From the human T2T-CHM13v2.0 reference genome, Homo sapiens: 64,000 nucleotides of DNA. The notes below the pieces were generated by a model, which was given only the letters and a program-made list of their open reading frames with translations, ran no database searches and was not told the DNA's origin. Made by a program: the position numbers and the translations under genes. The number at the start of each line of letters is the position of its first letter. The first letter of the stretch is position 1. Shown here piece by piece: positions 29,701-43,855 of the stretch. Location: NCBI RefSeq assembly GCF_009914755.1, contig NC_060940.1; one strand, written 5' to 3'.

Positions 29701-32700
29701 AGAAATATCTCTGGATGGTTATCTAAAATTTATAATTTTTGTACAGATATGGTATGTAGGAGAGTGTCATAGTTTTTCTATTATTATACTTTAAGTTCTA
29801 GGGTACATATGCACAATGTGCCGGTTTGTTACATATGTATACATGTGTCATGTTGGTGTGCTGCACCCATTAACTCGTCATTTACATTAGATATATCTCC
29901 TAATGCTATCCCCCCTCCCCCCACTCCATGACAGGCCCCAGTGTGTGATGCTCCCCACCCTGTGTCCAAGTGTTCTCATTGTTCAATTCCCACCTATGAG
30001 TAAGAACACATGGTGTTTAGTTTTCTGTCTTTGCGATAGTTTTCTCAGAATGATGGTTTCTAGCTTCATCCATGTCCTTACAAAGGACATGAACTCATCC
30101 TTTTTATGGCTGCATAGTATTCCTTGGTGTATATGTGCCACATTTTCTTAATCCAGTCTATCGTTGATGGACATTTAGGTTGGTTCCAAGTCTTTGCTAT
30201 TGCGAATAGTGCCGCAATAAACATATGTGTGCATGTGTCTTTATAGCAGCATGATTCACAATCCTTTGGGTATATGCCCAGTAATGGGATGGCTGATTGA
30301 AATGGTATTTCTTGTTCTAGATCCTTGAGGAATTGACACACTGTCTTCTACAATGATTGAACTAGTTTACACTCCCACCAACAGTGTAAAAGCATTCCTA
30401 TTTCTCCATATCCTCTCCAGCACCTGTTGTTTCCTGACTTTTTAATGATCGCCATTCTAATTGGTGTGAGATGGTATCTCATTGTGGTTTTGATTTGCAT
30501 TTCTCTGATGGCGAGTGATGATGAGCATTTTTTCATGTGTCTGTTGGCTGCATAGATGTCTTCTTTTGAGAAGTGTCTGTTCATATCCTTTACCCAATTT
30601 TTGATGGGGTAGTTTGATTTTTTCATATAAATTTGTTTAAGTTCTTTGTAGATTCTGGATATTAGCCCTTTGTCAGATGGGTAGATTGTAAAAATTTTCT
30701 CCCATTCTGTAGGTTGTCTGTTCACTCTGATGGTAGTTTCTTTTGCTGTGCAGAAGCTCTTGAATTTAATTAGATCTCATTTGTCAATTTTGGCTTTTGT
30801 TGCCATTGCTATTGGTGTTTTAGTCATGAATTCCTTGCCCATGCCTATGTCCTGAATGGTATTGCCTAGGTATTCTTCTAGGGTTTTTATGGTTTTAGGT
30901 CTAACATTTAAGTCTTTAATCCATCTTGAATTAATTTTTATATAAGGTGTAAGGAAGGGATCCAGTTTCAGCTTTCCACATATGGCTAGCCAGTTTTCCC
31001 AGCACCATTTATTAAATAGGGTATCCTTTCCCCATTTCTTGTTTATGTCAGGTTTGTCAAAGATCAGATGGTTGTAGATGTGTGGTATTATTTCCGAGGG
31101 CTCTATTCTGTTCCATTGGTCTGTATCTCTGTTTTGGCACCAGTACCATGCTGTTTTGGTTACTGTAGCCTTGTAGTGTAGTTTGAAGTCAGGTAGCGTG
31201 ATGCCTCCAGATTTGTTCTTTTTGCTTAGGATTGACTTGGCAATGCAGGTTCTTTTTTGGTTCCATATGAACTTTAAAGTTGTTTTTTTCCAATTCTGTG
31301 AAGAAAGTTATTGGTAGCTTGATGGGGATGGCATTGAATCTATAAATTACCTTTGGCTGTATGGCCATTTTCACGATATTGATTCTTCCTTTCCATGAAC
31401 ATGGAATGTTCTTCCATTTGTTTGTGTCCTCTTATTTTGTTGAGCAGTGGTTTGTCGTTCTCCTTGAAGAGGCCCTTCACATCCCCTGTAAGTTGGATTC
31501 CTAGGTATTTTATTCTCTTTGAAGCAATTGTGGATGGGAGTTCACTCATGATTTGGCTCTCTGTTTGTCTGTTATTGGTGTATAAGAATGCTTGTGATTT
31601 TTGCACATTGATTTTGTATCCTGAGACTTTGCTGAATTTGCTTATCAGCTTAAGGAGATTTTGGGCTGAGATGATGGGGTTTTGTAAATATACAATCATG
31701 TCATCTGCAGACAGGGACAATTTGACTTCCTCTTTTCCTAGTTGAATACATTTTATTTCATTCTCTTGCCTGATTGCCCTGGCCAGAACTTCCAAGACTA
31801 TGTTGAATAGGAGTGGTGAGAGAGGGAATCCTTGTCTTGTGCCAGGTTTCAAAGGGAATGCTTCCAGTTATTGTCCATTCAGTATGATATTGGCTGTGGG
31901 TTTGTCATAAATAGCTCTTATTATTTTGAGATACGTCCCATCAATACCTAGTTTATTGAGAGTTCTTAGCATGAAGGGCTGTTGAATTTTGTCAGAGGCC
32001 TTTTCTGCATCTATTAAGATAATCATGTGGTTTTTGTCTTTGGTTCTGTTTATATGATGGATTACGTTTATTGATTTGCATATGTTGAACCAGTCTTGCA
32101 TCCTAGAGATGCCAACTTGATCATGGTGGATAAGCTTTTTGATGTGTTGCTGGATTCAGTTTGTTACTATCTTATTGAGGATATTTGCATCAATGTTCAT
32201 CAGGGATATAGGTCTAAAATTCTCTTTTTTTGTTGTTGTGTCTCTGTCAGGCTTTGGTATCAGGATGATGTTGGCCTCATAAAATGAATTAGGGAGGATT
32301 CTGTCTTTTTCTATTGATTGGAAAAGTTTCAGAAAGAATGGTACCAGCTCCTCTTTGTACCTCTGGTAGAACTCAGCTGTGAATCCATCTGGTCCTGGAC
32401 TTTTTTTTGGTTGGTAAGCTATTAATTATTGCCTCAATTTCAGAGCCTGTTATTGGTCTATTCAGAGATTCAACTTCTTCTTGGTTTAGTCTTGAAAGGG
32501 TGTATGTGTCCAAGAATTTATCCATTTCTTCTAGATGTTCAAGTTTATTTGTGTAGAGGTGTTTATAGTATTCTCTGATGGTAGTTTTTATTTCCCTGGG
32601 CTCAGTGGTGATATCCCCTTTGTCATTTTTATTGCATCTATTTGATTCCTCTCTCTTTTCTTCTTTATTAGTCTTGCTAGCAGTCTATCAATTTTGTTGA

Positions 32701-35700
32701 TCTTTTCAAAAAACCAGCTCCTGGATTCATTGCTTTTTTGAAGGGTTTTTTGTGTCTCTGTCTCCTTCAGCTCTGCTCTGATCTTATTTTTTGCCTTCTG
32801 CTAGCTTTTGAATGTGTTTGCTCTTGCTTCTCTAGTTCTTTTAATTTTGATGTTAGGTGGTCAATTTCAGATCTTTCCTGCTTTCTCTTCTGGGCATTTA
32901 GTGCTATAAATTTCCCCCTACACACTGCTTTAAATGTGTCCCAGAGATTCTGGTACATTGTGTCTTTGTTCTCATTGGTTTCAAAGAACATCTTTATTTC
33001 TACCTTCATTTTGTTATTTACCCAGTAGTCATTCAGGAGCAAATTGTTCAGTTTCCATGTAGTTGTTCAGTTTTGAGTGAGCTTCTTAATCCTAAGTTTG
33101 AATTTGATTGCACTGTGGTCTGAGAGACAGTTTGTTGTGATTTCTGTTCTTTTACATTTGGTGAGGAGTGCTTTACTTCCAATTATGTGGTCAAATTTAG
33201 AATAAGTGAGATGTGGTGCTGAGAAGAATGTATACTCTGTTAATTTGGGGTGGAGAGTTCTGTGGATGTCTATTGGGTCTGTTTGTTGCAGAGCTGAGTT
33301 CAGGTCCTGGATATCTTTGTTAACCTTCTGTCTTGTTGATCTTTCTAATATTGACAGTTGGGTGTTAAAGTCTCCCATTATTATTGTGTGGGAGTCTAAG
33401 CCTCTTTGTAGGTCTCTAAGGACTTGCTTTATGAATCTGGGTGCTCTTGTATTGGGTGCATATATATTTAGGATAGTTAGCTCTTCTTGTTGCATTGATC
33501 CCTTTACCATTATGTAATGGCCTTCTTTGTCTCTTTTGATCTTTGTTGGTTTAAAGTCTGTTTTATCAGAGACAAGGATTGCAACCCCTGCCTTTTTTTG
33601 TTTTCCATTTTCTTGGTAGATCTTCCTCCATCCCTTTATTTTGAGCCTATGTGTGAATTTGCGCATGAGATGGGTCTCCTGAATACAGCACACTGATGGG
33701 TCTTGACCCTTTATCCAATTTGCCAGTCTGTGTCCTTTAATTGGGGCATTTAGCCCATTTACATTTACAGTTAATATTGTTATGTGTGAATTTGATCCTG
33801 TCATTATGATATTCGCTGGTTATTTGCCCATTAATTGATGCAGTTTCTTCCTAGCATTGATGGTCTTTACAACTTGGCATGTTTTTGCACTGGGTGGTAC
33901 CAGGTGTTTCTTTCCATGTTTAGTGCTTCTTTCAGGAGCTCTTGTAAGGCAGGCCTGGTGGTGACAAAATCTCTCAGCATTTGCTTGTCAGTAAAGAATT
34001 TTATTTTCTCCTTCACTTATGAAGCTTAGTTTGGCTGGATATGAAACTCTGGATTGAAAATTATTTTCTTTAAGAATGTTGAATATTGGCCCCCACTCTC
34101 TTCTGGATTGTAGGGTTTCTGCCAAGAGATCAGCTGTTAGTCTGATGGGCTTCCCTTTGTGGCTAACCTGACCTTTCTCTCTGGCTGCCCTTAACACTTT
34201 TTCCTACACTTCAACCTTGGTGAATCTGACAATTATGTGTCTTGGAATCGCTCTTCTCAAAGAGTATCTTTGTGTTGTTCTCTGTATTTCCTGAAGTTGA
34301 ATGTTGGCCTGCCTTGCTAGGTTGGGGAAATTCTCCTGGATAATATCCTGAAGAGTGTTTTCCAACTTGGTTCCATTCTCCTCATCACTTTCCGGTACAC
34401 CAATCAAATATAGATTTGGTCTTTTCACATAGTCCCATATTTCTTGGAGGCTTTGTTCATTTCTTTTTACTCTTGTTTCTCTAACCTTGTCTTCTCACTT
34501 TATTTCATTTATTTGACTTCAATCACTGATACCCTTTCTTCCACTTGATTGAATCGGCTATTGAAGCTTGTGCATGAGTCATAAAGTTCTTGTGCCATGG
34601 TTTTCAGCTCCATTGGGTCACTTAAGGTCTTCTCTACACTGTTTATTCTTGTAAGCCATTCGTCTAATCTTTTTCAAGGTTTTTAACTTCCTTGCAATGG
34701 GTTCCAACATCCTCCTTTAGCTCGGAGAAGTTTGTTATTACCAACTTTCTGAAGCCTACTTCTGTCAACTCATCAAAGTCATTCTCTGTCCAGCTTTGTT
34801 CCATTGCTGACAAGGAGTGGTGATCCTTTGGAGGCGAAGAGGTGCTCTGATTTTTAGAATTTTCAGCTTTTCTGCTCTGGTTTATCCCCATCCTTTTGGT
34901 TTTATCTACCTTTGGTCTTTGATATTGTTGACCTACAGATGGGGTTTTGGTGTAGATGATCTTTTGTTAATGTTGACACTATTCCTTTCTGTTTTTTAGT
35001 TTTCCTTCTAACAGTCAGGACCCTCAGCTGCAGATCTGTTGGAGTTTGCTGGAGTTCCACTCCAGACACTGTTTGCCTGGGTATCACCAGTGGAGGCTGC
35101 AGAACAGCAAATATTGCAGAATAGCAAATAGTGCTGCCTGATCCTTCCTCTGGAAGCTTTGTCCAAGAGGGGCAGCTGCCTATATGAGGTGTCTGTCAGC
35201 CTCTACTGGGAGGTGTGTCCCAGTTAGGCTACACAGGGTTCAGGGACCCACTTGAGGAGGCAGTCTGTCCATTCTCAGAACTCAAACGCCATGCTGGAAA
35301 AACCACTGCTCTCTTCAGAGCTGTCAGACAGGGACGTTTAAGTCTGCAGAAGTTGCTGCCTTTTGTTCAGCTATCCCTGCCCACAGACGTGGAGTCTAGA
35401 GGCAATGGGCCTTGTTGAGCTGCGGTGGGCTCCACCCAGTTCAAGTTCCCTGGCCGCTTTGTTTACCTACTTAAGCCTCAGCAATGGTTGACGCCCCTCC
35501 CCCAACCAGACTGCCACCTCGCAGATGGATTTCAGACTGTTTCGCTAGCAGTGAGCAAGGCTCCATGGCTGTGGGACCTACTGAGTGAGGCACAGGAGAG
35601 AATCACCTTGCCTGCTAGTTGCTAAGACCTTGGGAAAAGTGCAGTATTTGGGCGGGAGTGCCCTGTTTTTCCAGGTAGTCTGTCACAGCTTCCCTTGGCT

Positions 35701-36425
35701 GGGAAAGGGAAATCCCCCAACCCCTTGTGCTTCCCGGGTGAGGCGACGCCCCACCTTGCTTCAGCTCACCCTCTGTGGGCCTGCACCCACTCTCCAACCA
35801 GTCCCAATGAGATGAACCAGGAACCTCAGTTGGAAGTGCAGAAATCACCCGTCTTCTGTGTCGATCATGCTGGGAGCTGCAGACCGGAACTCTTCCTATT
35901 TGGCCATCTTGGAACCCATCCAGAACATCTGGTAGAAGAAATTTGTAAGCAGCAAAGTGTTCAATTTATGACCTGAGTGTTCTTAAAAGTGTTCAGTTTT
36001 ATGCATTCACAAAAATATGGTTTGGAATTAGAACCTATGTTTAAAAGGGAGCAGAGCATAAAAGTTTGGAAGATTTGCAACCTGATGATGTGATAGAAAA
36101 GAAAACCCATTTTCTGGGGAGAAATTCAAGCTTACTGCAGAAATTTGCAGAAGTAACAAGGAGCCAAATGTTAATTGACAAGATAATGGGGAAATTTTCT
36201 CCAGGGCATGTCAGAGTTCTTCACGACAGCCCCTCCTGTCACAGGGTTGGAGGCCTAGGAGGGAAAAAATGGTTATGTGGGCCAGGCCCAGAACTTTGCT
36301 GCTCTGTGCAGTCTTGGGACTTGGTGCCCTGTGTCCCAGCCATGGCTAAAAGGAGCCAACGTACAGCTCAGGCTATTGCTTCAGAGTTCAATCCCCAAGG
36401 CTTGGCAGCTTCCACGTAGTGTTGG
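26718..36425 (+). mobile_element. MaLR internal sequence (MST/THE1-int), 26718-27086 and 35925-36425, split by the L1 insertion
   Basis: aatgtggaagtgactttggaactg…gaagatgtgggaaagtttggaac…; colinear continuation after the TSD (aagcagcaaagtgttc…gaaattcaagc…); no 3' LTR. Confidence 0.85.
27087..35924 (-). mobile_element. Composite L1PA5/6 insertion, 8.8 kb: full-length-looking L1 (35920-29773), 137-bp non-L1 segment, A15, then a second L1 3' 2.5 kb (29610-27087)
   Basis: 18-bp TSD ACATCTGGTAGAAGAAAT at 27069-27086 and 35925-35942; 5'UTR starts GGTTCCAAGATGGCC; ORF1 fragments 33988-34891; ORF2 endonuclease ORF 33067..33804 (MTGSNSHITIL…); RT fragments occur twice; all ORFs disrupted. Confidence 0.93.
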
Positions 36426-36488
36426 GTTGATATGCTAGTTGGCCATTTGTATTTTTTTTTTTTTTTGGAAAAAATGTCTATTCAAGTC

Positions 36489-36841
36489 TATCTTAGTCCA
36501 TTTCTGCTGCTATAACAAAATACCTTAGGCTGGTAATTTATAAACAACAGAAATTTATTTCTTGCATTCTGGAGTGTGAAAAGTCCAAGATTTAGGCTAC
36601 AACAGACTCAGTGACCGGTGAGGTCACTACATTCACTATACATAGCACCTTCTCTGTGTCCTCACATGTTCAAAAGGGAAAACAAACTCCCTTAAGCCTC
36701 TTTTATAAAGGCCCTAGTCCCATTTCTGAGGGCTATGACTTCATGAACTAATCATATCCAAAATGCTCCACCTCTTAATATTATCACATTGAATATTAGG
36801 CTCCAGCATATGAATATTGGGAGAACATTTGGACCATAGCA
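36489..36841 (-). mobile_element. MLT1A/MSTD-type MaLR solo LTR
   Basis: tatcttagtccatttctgctgctataacaaaatacc…ggaccatagca; perfect 5-bp TSD AAGTC. Confidence 0.85.
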
Positions 36842-37265
36842 AAGTCAACTGACCATTTCTCATTTAGGTTGTTTTGTTATTGAGTTGTTGTTCTGTATAT
36901 ATTTTAGATATTAACCCCTTATCAGGTATTTGGTTTGCTGGGAGGTTTTTGATTCCTGATTCACTACTAGTTATAGGTTTATTAAGATTTTTTATTTTGT
37001 GACTTAGTCTTGGTAACTTGCATGTTACTAGGAATCTGTTCATTTCTCCTAGGTTATCCAACTAGTCAGTATATAATAATTCATAGTAGACTCTTAGAAT
37101 CGTTTTTATTTCTGTAAATATCTGTTGCAGTGTCTTCTCTTTTGTTCCTAAAAGAAGTTGAGTCTTCATTATTTTTTTTCTTAAATATTCTAGCTAATGA
37201 TTTGTCAATTTTGTTGAACTTTGAAACGACTACTAGTTTCATTGGGTTTTTTCTATTCTCTAGCC

Positions 37266-37556
37266 TTTTTTTTTTTGAGATGGAGTTTCACTCTTATTGC
37301 CCACGCTGTAGTGCAATGGCGTGATCTCCGCTTGCTTCAACCTCCGCCTCCCAGTTCAAGTGACTCTCCTGCCTCAGCCTCCAGAGTAGCTGGGATTACA
37401 GGCATGCACCACCATGCCCGGCTAATTTTGTATTTTTTAGTAGAGACAGGTTTCTCCATGTTGCTGAGGCTGGTCTTGAACTCCCGACCTCAGGTGATCC
37501 ACCTGCCTCAGCTTCCCAAAGTGCTGGGATTACAGTCATGAGCCACTGCACCCGGC
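37266..37556 (-). mobile_element. AluSp-like
   Basis: gagtttcactcttattgccc, gcaatggc, gtttctccatgttg. Confidence 0.88.
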
Positions 37557-37810
37557 CTTCTGCTCTAGACTTTATTATTTCCTTCCTTTTGCTAACATTG
37601 GGTTGAGTTCTTCTTTTTCCAGTTTCGTGAGGTGTAAAGTTAAGTTGCTGATTTCAGATCTTTCTTCTTTTTTAAGGTAGGTAGTTAGATATATAAACTG
37701 TCCTCTTCATATTCATTTTGCTGCATCCCACAAGCTTTGGAATGTTGTGTTTCCATTTTTATTTGTCTCAAGACATTTTCTAATTTTCCTTGTGACTTGT
37801 TCTTTGACTA

Positions 37811-38495
37811 TGTATTAATCAGAGTTCTCCAGAGGGTCAGATCCAATAAGAAATAGATATAGATATAGATATAGATATAGATAATAGATAATAGAGATAC
37901 ATATACATGCATCTAAAAGAGAATATATTTACATGTATATGAAATATAATTTATTAAGGAGAATTGGCTCACATAATTACAAAGGCAAAGTCCCACAATA
38001 GGCCATCTATAAGCTGGAAAATGAGAGAAGCTTACAGCATGGCTCCCAAGGAAGCCAGTGACATGGCTCAGTCCAAATCTGAAAGTCTCAAAACCAGGGA
38101 AGCTGACAGTGCAGCCACTAGTCTGAGGCCCAAGGCCTGAGAGCTCCCAAAAGGCTGCTGATGCAAGTCCCAGGGTCCAAAGGCCAAAGAACCTAGAGTT
38201 TGATGTGCAAGGGCAAGAGGAGAAAAAGGCATACTGCTCTGGAAGAGAGAGAAAGTGCATAAAAAAGAAATCCAAGCAAGCTGAATGTTCCCATTCTTCT
38301 GCCTTTTTGTTCTAGTCACACTTGCAACCAATTGCATGATGCCTACCCACAGTGAGGATGGGTTTTTCTCTCTCAGTCCACTAACTCATCCATCATTCTC
38401 CTGTGGCAACACCCTCACAGATATACCCACACACAGTGCTTCATCAGGCATCTGAGCATCCCTCAATCAAATTGACAATTAATATTAACCACACA
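37811..38495 (-). mobile_element. MLT2B-type ERVL solo LTR with (GATATA)n
   Basis: tgtattaatcagagttctccagagg…aatattaaccacaca; TSD GACTA/GACCA. Confidence 0.82.
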
Positions 38496-39625
38496 GACCA
38501 ATTGGTAGAGAGTATATTTTTGTAATTTCCACATATTTATTACTTTTCCTTTTTCCTTCTGCTATGAATTTGTAATTTCATTTAATGTGGTCAGAAAAGA
38601 TATTTGGTATGAGTTCAGTTTTCTTAAATTTTTAAAAACTTGTTTGTGGACTAGCATGCCATCTATCCTGGAAAAGTCTTGGTATGTACTTGAGAAGAAA
38701 GCATATTTTGCTATTATTGGGTGAAGTGTTCTGTATATGTCAGACAGGTCCAATTGGTCTACAATGTTGTTCAAGTTCTGTGTTTTCCAGTTGATCTTCT
38801 GTCTGGTTATTGTATCCATAATTGAAAGTGGAATATTGAAGTTTTTTGTTATTATGATGTTGTTATCTATGTTACCCCTCAATTCTGTCTACGTTAGCTT
38901 CATATATTTAGATGCTGTACTGTTAGTTGCATATACATTTATAATTGCTATATCTTCTTGGTCAATTGGCCCTTTTATTATTATGTAATATCCTTGTCTC
39001 TTGTGCTATTATTTGACTTAAACTCTATTTTGTCTAAGTATGGCCATCCTTGTTCTCTTTTGGTTACCAAATGCATTGAATATCTTTTTCCATCCTTTCA
39101 CTTTCAACCTTTGTGTGTGTTTAGATCTAACATAAGTCTCTTGCATATAGTATATATTTAGATTTTTTTAATCCATTCGGCCAATTCTTTGTCTTTTGAT
39201 TGGAAAATTAGCCTATTTGCATTTAAAGTAGTTACTGATAGGGAGGGGCTTACTATTGTCATTTTGTTCACTGTTTTATACATGTCTTGCAGGTATTTTT
39301 TTCCACTTTTCCTCTCTTTCTGCCTCCCTTTATGTTTCACCGATTTCTTTTTTTGGTAGGGACGTGCTTTGGTTCCTTTCTCATTTTTATTTGTGTATCT
39401 TCTGTAGGTCTTTTCTTTGTGGTTACTGTAGAATTACATGAAAACATCTTATAGTTATAATAATCTATTTTAAATTGACAACAACTTAACTTTAATAACA
39501 TACAAAAACTCTACTTCTTTACACCTCCTTCTCACTTTGTTATCAATGTCACACAATATATATTTTATATTGTTTATTCACATAATTTAATACAGTAATA
39601 TTATGCTTTTACCTTTTAAATTCTA

Positions 39626-39982
<357 letters not shown>

Positions 39983-40673
39983 TTAAAGGATTCTATGTTC
40001 ACTCATATATTTACCTTTACCAAAGAAGTTTATATTTTGTATGCTTTTGTATTTCTATCCAATGCCTTTTCATTTCCACTTGGAGGACTCCCTTTAACGT
40101 TTTTTGTAAGGTAGGCCTAGTGGTGATCAACTCCCTCACCTTTTACTTCTCTGGGGAACTCTTTGTCCTTCATTTTTGAAGTACAGTTTTACTGGCTATA
40201 CAGTTCTTGGTTGACAGTTTTTTTTCTTTCAGCCCTTTTAATATATCATCCCATTCTCTTCTGGCCTGTAGAGTTTTTGCTGAGAATTCCATTGATAACC
40301 ATATGGCATCTCCCTTGTATGTGACAAGTTGCTTTGATCCTGTTCCTTTCAAAATTCTAATGTGTCTTATTGTAGGTCTTTTGCAAATTATCCAACTTGG
40401 AGTTCTTTGAGCCTCTTGGATTTGTATGTCCATTTCCTTCTTTAAGTTTGAGAAGTTTTTGGTCATTACTTTTTTAACTGGCTCTCTGCCCCTTTATTTT
40501 TCTCTTCTCCTTCTGGTACTTTCATAATGCATACATTGGTCTGCTTGATGGCATCCTGTAAGTCTCTTAGGCTGTCTTCACTCTTCACTCCTTTTCCCGT
40601 TTGCTCCTCTGACTCCATAATTTCAAATGACTAGTCTTCTGTTTCACTGATTCTTTCTTCTGCTTGATGTTAT

Positions 40674-41407
40674 TGAAACTGCCTTTGCAAAAATTATAAC
40701 TGAAGAAATTATGACAGCAAAAGATATCAGACTTAATCAACTCCATCTTGCTTCTAGCATTTAAACTGTCCTTGTTCATTCCTGGCAGTAGGATGAACTA
40801 ATTTTGGTAAGGTATTCAGTTCATGGTTTGACTCTCAAACCAAGTTGATAATAGCCATTTCCCAAAAAGATCCCCTTCTTGCCTGGAACCAGTCTGCCTT
40901 TGCGGGATAAACAAATTAGCTATAACATTAGAAATTACAGTTGAGGGGTTATGCAGCCTCTGGCTCCAAGAGTCTGAACCTCTCCAAATTGCTCCTGGGG
41001 ATAACATCACTATTGTAAAACCTAAAATCAGTGCTTGAGATATTTTGCAGACCCTGCACTGGATGAATCAGCTGACACCACCCAGACTGGTAATATGGCT
41101 CAACTGGTTCTGCCACCCCACCCACAAACAGAAGACAGCAAGAAAACGTCATCACTTCAACCCCGTATGATTTCATCTCCAACCTGATGAATAAGCAGTT
41201 CCCACTTCCCAAGCCCCTACCTGCCAAATTATCTTTAAAAGTTCTGATCCCCGAATGCTCAGGGAGACTGATTTGAGTAATAATAAAACTCTGATCTCCC
41301 GCACAGCCAGCTCTGCCTGAATTACTCTTTCTCCATTGCAATTCCCCTGTCTTGATAAATCAGCTCTGTCTAAGCAGGGCACGAGGTGAACCCATTGGGC
41401 AGTTACA
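40674..41407 (+). mobile_element. LTR8/LTR8A-like ERV1 solo LTR
   Basis: TGAAACTGCCTTTGCAAAAATTATAAC…aataataaaactc…cccattgggcagttaCA; no clear TSD. Confidence 0.8.
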
Positions 41408-42399
41408 CAGTCTATTGGTGATTTCCGATAGTGAATTTTTCAATTGAGCTATTGTATTCCTTAGCTCCAGAGTTTCTGTATGGTTCCTTTTTGTTTTTTT
41501 AGTTTCTATCTCTGTTAATATTTTCATTTTGTTCATGAATTATTTCCTGCTTTCACTTAGTTGTCTATTTCTGTTGTCACTGGGCTTCATTAAGAGAGTT
41601 AATTTGGATTCTTTGTCAGGTAACTCATTTACCTATTTCTTTAGGGTTGGTTTCTGGAGATTTATTTTGCTCCTTTAATTTAGTCATCAGGTTTCTCTCT
41701 TTCTTCTTATGTCTTGTTATTTTTTATTTTTTATTTATTTTTGCCAATATTTGGGCGTTTGAAAAAACTGCCACTTCTCCCAGTTTTTATCAGCTGGCTT
41801 CATACGGAAGACCTTCATACCTGAATCAGCATGGCTATAGGTTCCAGCAGCCTCTCAAACTCTTTCTGGGAATGCATCTTCTTTGGGTTTATACATTGCA
41901 ACATCCCAAGTAGAGGTTTGCCAGTTTCTTTTTCTGGAGCTGTTGCTCCTTCTGGTATCTGTCTGTGGTACTGCAGGTTCCCTGGTGCTGCATCATCTCT
42001 GACCTCTCCTTTATTCCCAGTGGCTCCCATGCATCCAAAGTATGCCAGTTGGGCGTCAAGTTAGAGAGAGTGAGAGAGCTTCAGGTAACCTCATAAAACT
42101 ATTCCGTTTCAGTCTTCTCTTTCCCTGCTAACGGAGAAGCTGCAAGTTGAGTGCTTCCCAGCCAAACCAACCTGTTCGAGCTTGGGGAAGGGGTATCATC
42201 AGTATAATGCAACAGCTTTTCTTATCTGTTCAATGCCACTATTCTTGGCTTTGCACTTGTCTGTACTACTACAACTTCTTAATGGTTTATGGAACTCCAT
42301 AAAGGCTTTTAGACCATATATTGTTTTTCAGTTGGTATCTTTATGGAGAATCAAGGTTTGGAGCTTCCCATTCCACCATCTGGCTGACATCACTCTGTT

Positions 42400-42692
42400 T
42401 ATATTATTTTTTATTTTTATTATATTTTATTTTCTTGAGACAGGATCTTGCTCTGTCAGCCAGGCTAGAGTGCAGCCTCGAACTCCTGATCTCAAGGGAC
42501 CTCCTCCCTCAGGCTACTGAGTACTTGGACTATAGGCACACACCACATACCAGGCTAATTTCTTATTTTCTTGTGAAGATGGGGTTTCACTCTGTTGCCC
42601 AAGTTGGTCTCAACTCTTGGGCTCAAGCAATCCTTCTGCCTTGGCCTCCCAAAGTGCTAGGATTAAAGGTGTGAGCCCACCATGTACTGCCT
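42400..42692 (-). mobile_element. AluJ
   Basis: Diverged dimer. Confidence 0.8.
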
Positions 42693-43088
42693 GTTATATT
42701 TAGTAGAAAATATATCTAAAAATATACTTACGTACTATATTGAATCCACTACCCAGAGCTTAACTGAACTATTTGTGTGACTCATTCTGTTTTTTTATTT
42801 TTTGCTTTTTACTTATTACAATGAACTACAAGTATGGATATATTAATATTAATTAATATAAAATATACTGGAATATTTTGTATTTTTTTTTCTTTTTTCT
42901 TCACCAAAAGCAGAAACTTAAATACACTGAAATCTTAAATGACCCTTGAATGTTTCTAGGACTGACCCTGGAACAAAATTTTTTATGTTGTTATTACATT
43001 GTTCTTTTCATGTTAAAATCATTTGTTTTTTTTCATATAGTACGTCAAAGAAGAATTGTTAATATAGCCCTTACCAGCCATATGCTAA

Positions 43089-43434
<346 letters not shown>

Positions 43435-43748
43435 CTACCTCAATCTGTCTTTTAAATTGGCTATGTAAGGGGAGCATCTTGTGCTTGTTAAGTCTTTGTT
43501 TTCTGGCCTATTTATATAATGAACATTTCTGAGTTGTGTGTATATATTAAATTATTTGAGAGTATATAGTTAATGTACTAAATAGATCTATGTGTTTTCA
43601 TACATGTCACTATAAAAAGACCATTTGCACATATTTGTTCTATCAAATGCTTACTTTTCTTCATGAACCACCTAGATTTGCTTTTCTGATGTGTAGTGTA
43701 TGTGAAAATATTTCTTTGTGAATTTTTTTTTATTGTGTGCCCCTACAG

Positions 43749-43855
43749 GTGGTATGCTTAATAATGCCATAGTCTCTATAAGGAACGTATGCATTAGTCT
43801 GCTGGCAGGAATTGTTTTGGGATTTTTTGTTCGATATTTTCCAAGTGAAGACCAA
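43749..43855 (+). pseudogene. SLC9B1: SLC9B1-like exon (probable exon 8)
   Basis: tacag|GT GGT ATG… encodes (G)GMLNNAIVSIRNVCISLLAGIVLGFFVRYFPSEDQ; donor CAA|gtaaat; 107 nt. Confidence 0.92.

Noticed and set aside
27436-34891. L1 ORF1/ORF2 fragments as active retrotransposon genes
   Set aside because: Broken by many stops and frameshifts; the longest piece is the 245-aa endonuclease domain.
35484-35588. L1 ORF0 (ATG GTT GAC GCC CCT CCC CCA…) as a fusion partner
   Set aside because: TGA at 35586-35588 after 34 codons, upstream of both splice donors, so no ORF0-exon fusion protein.
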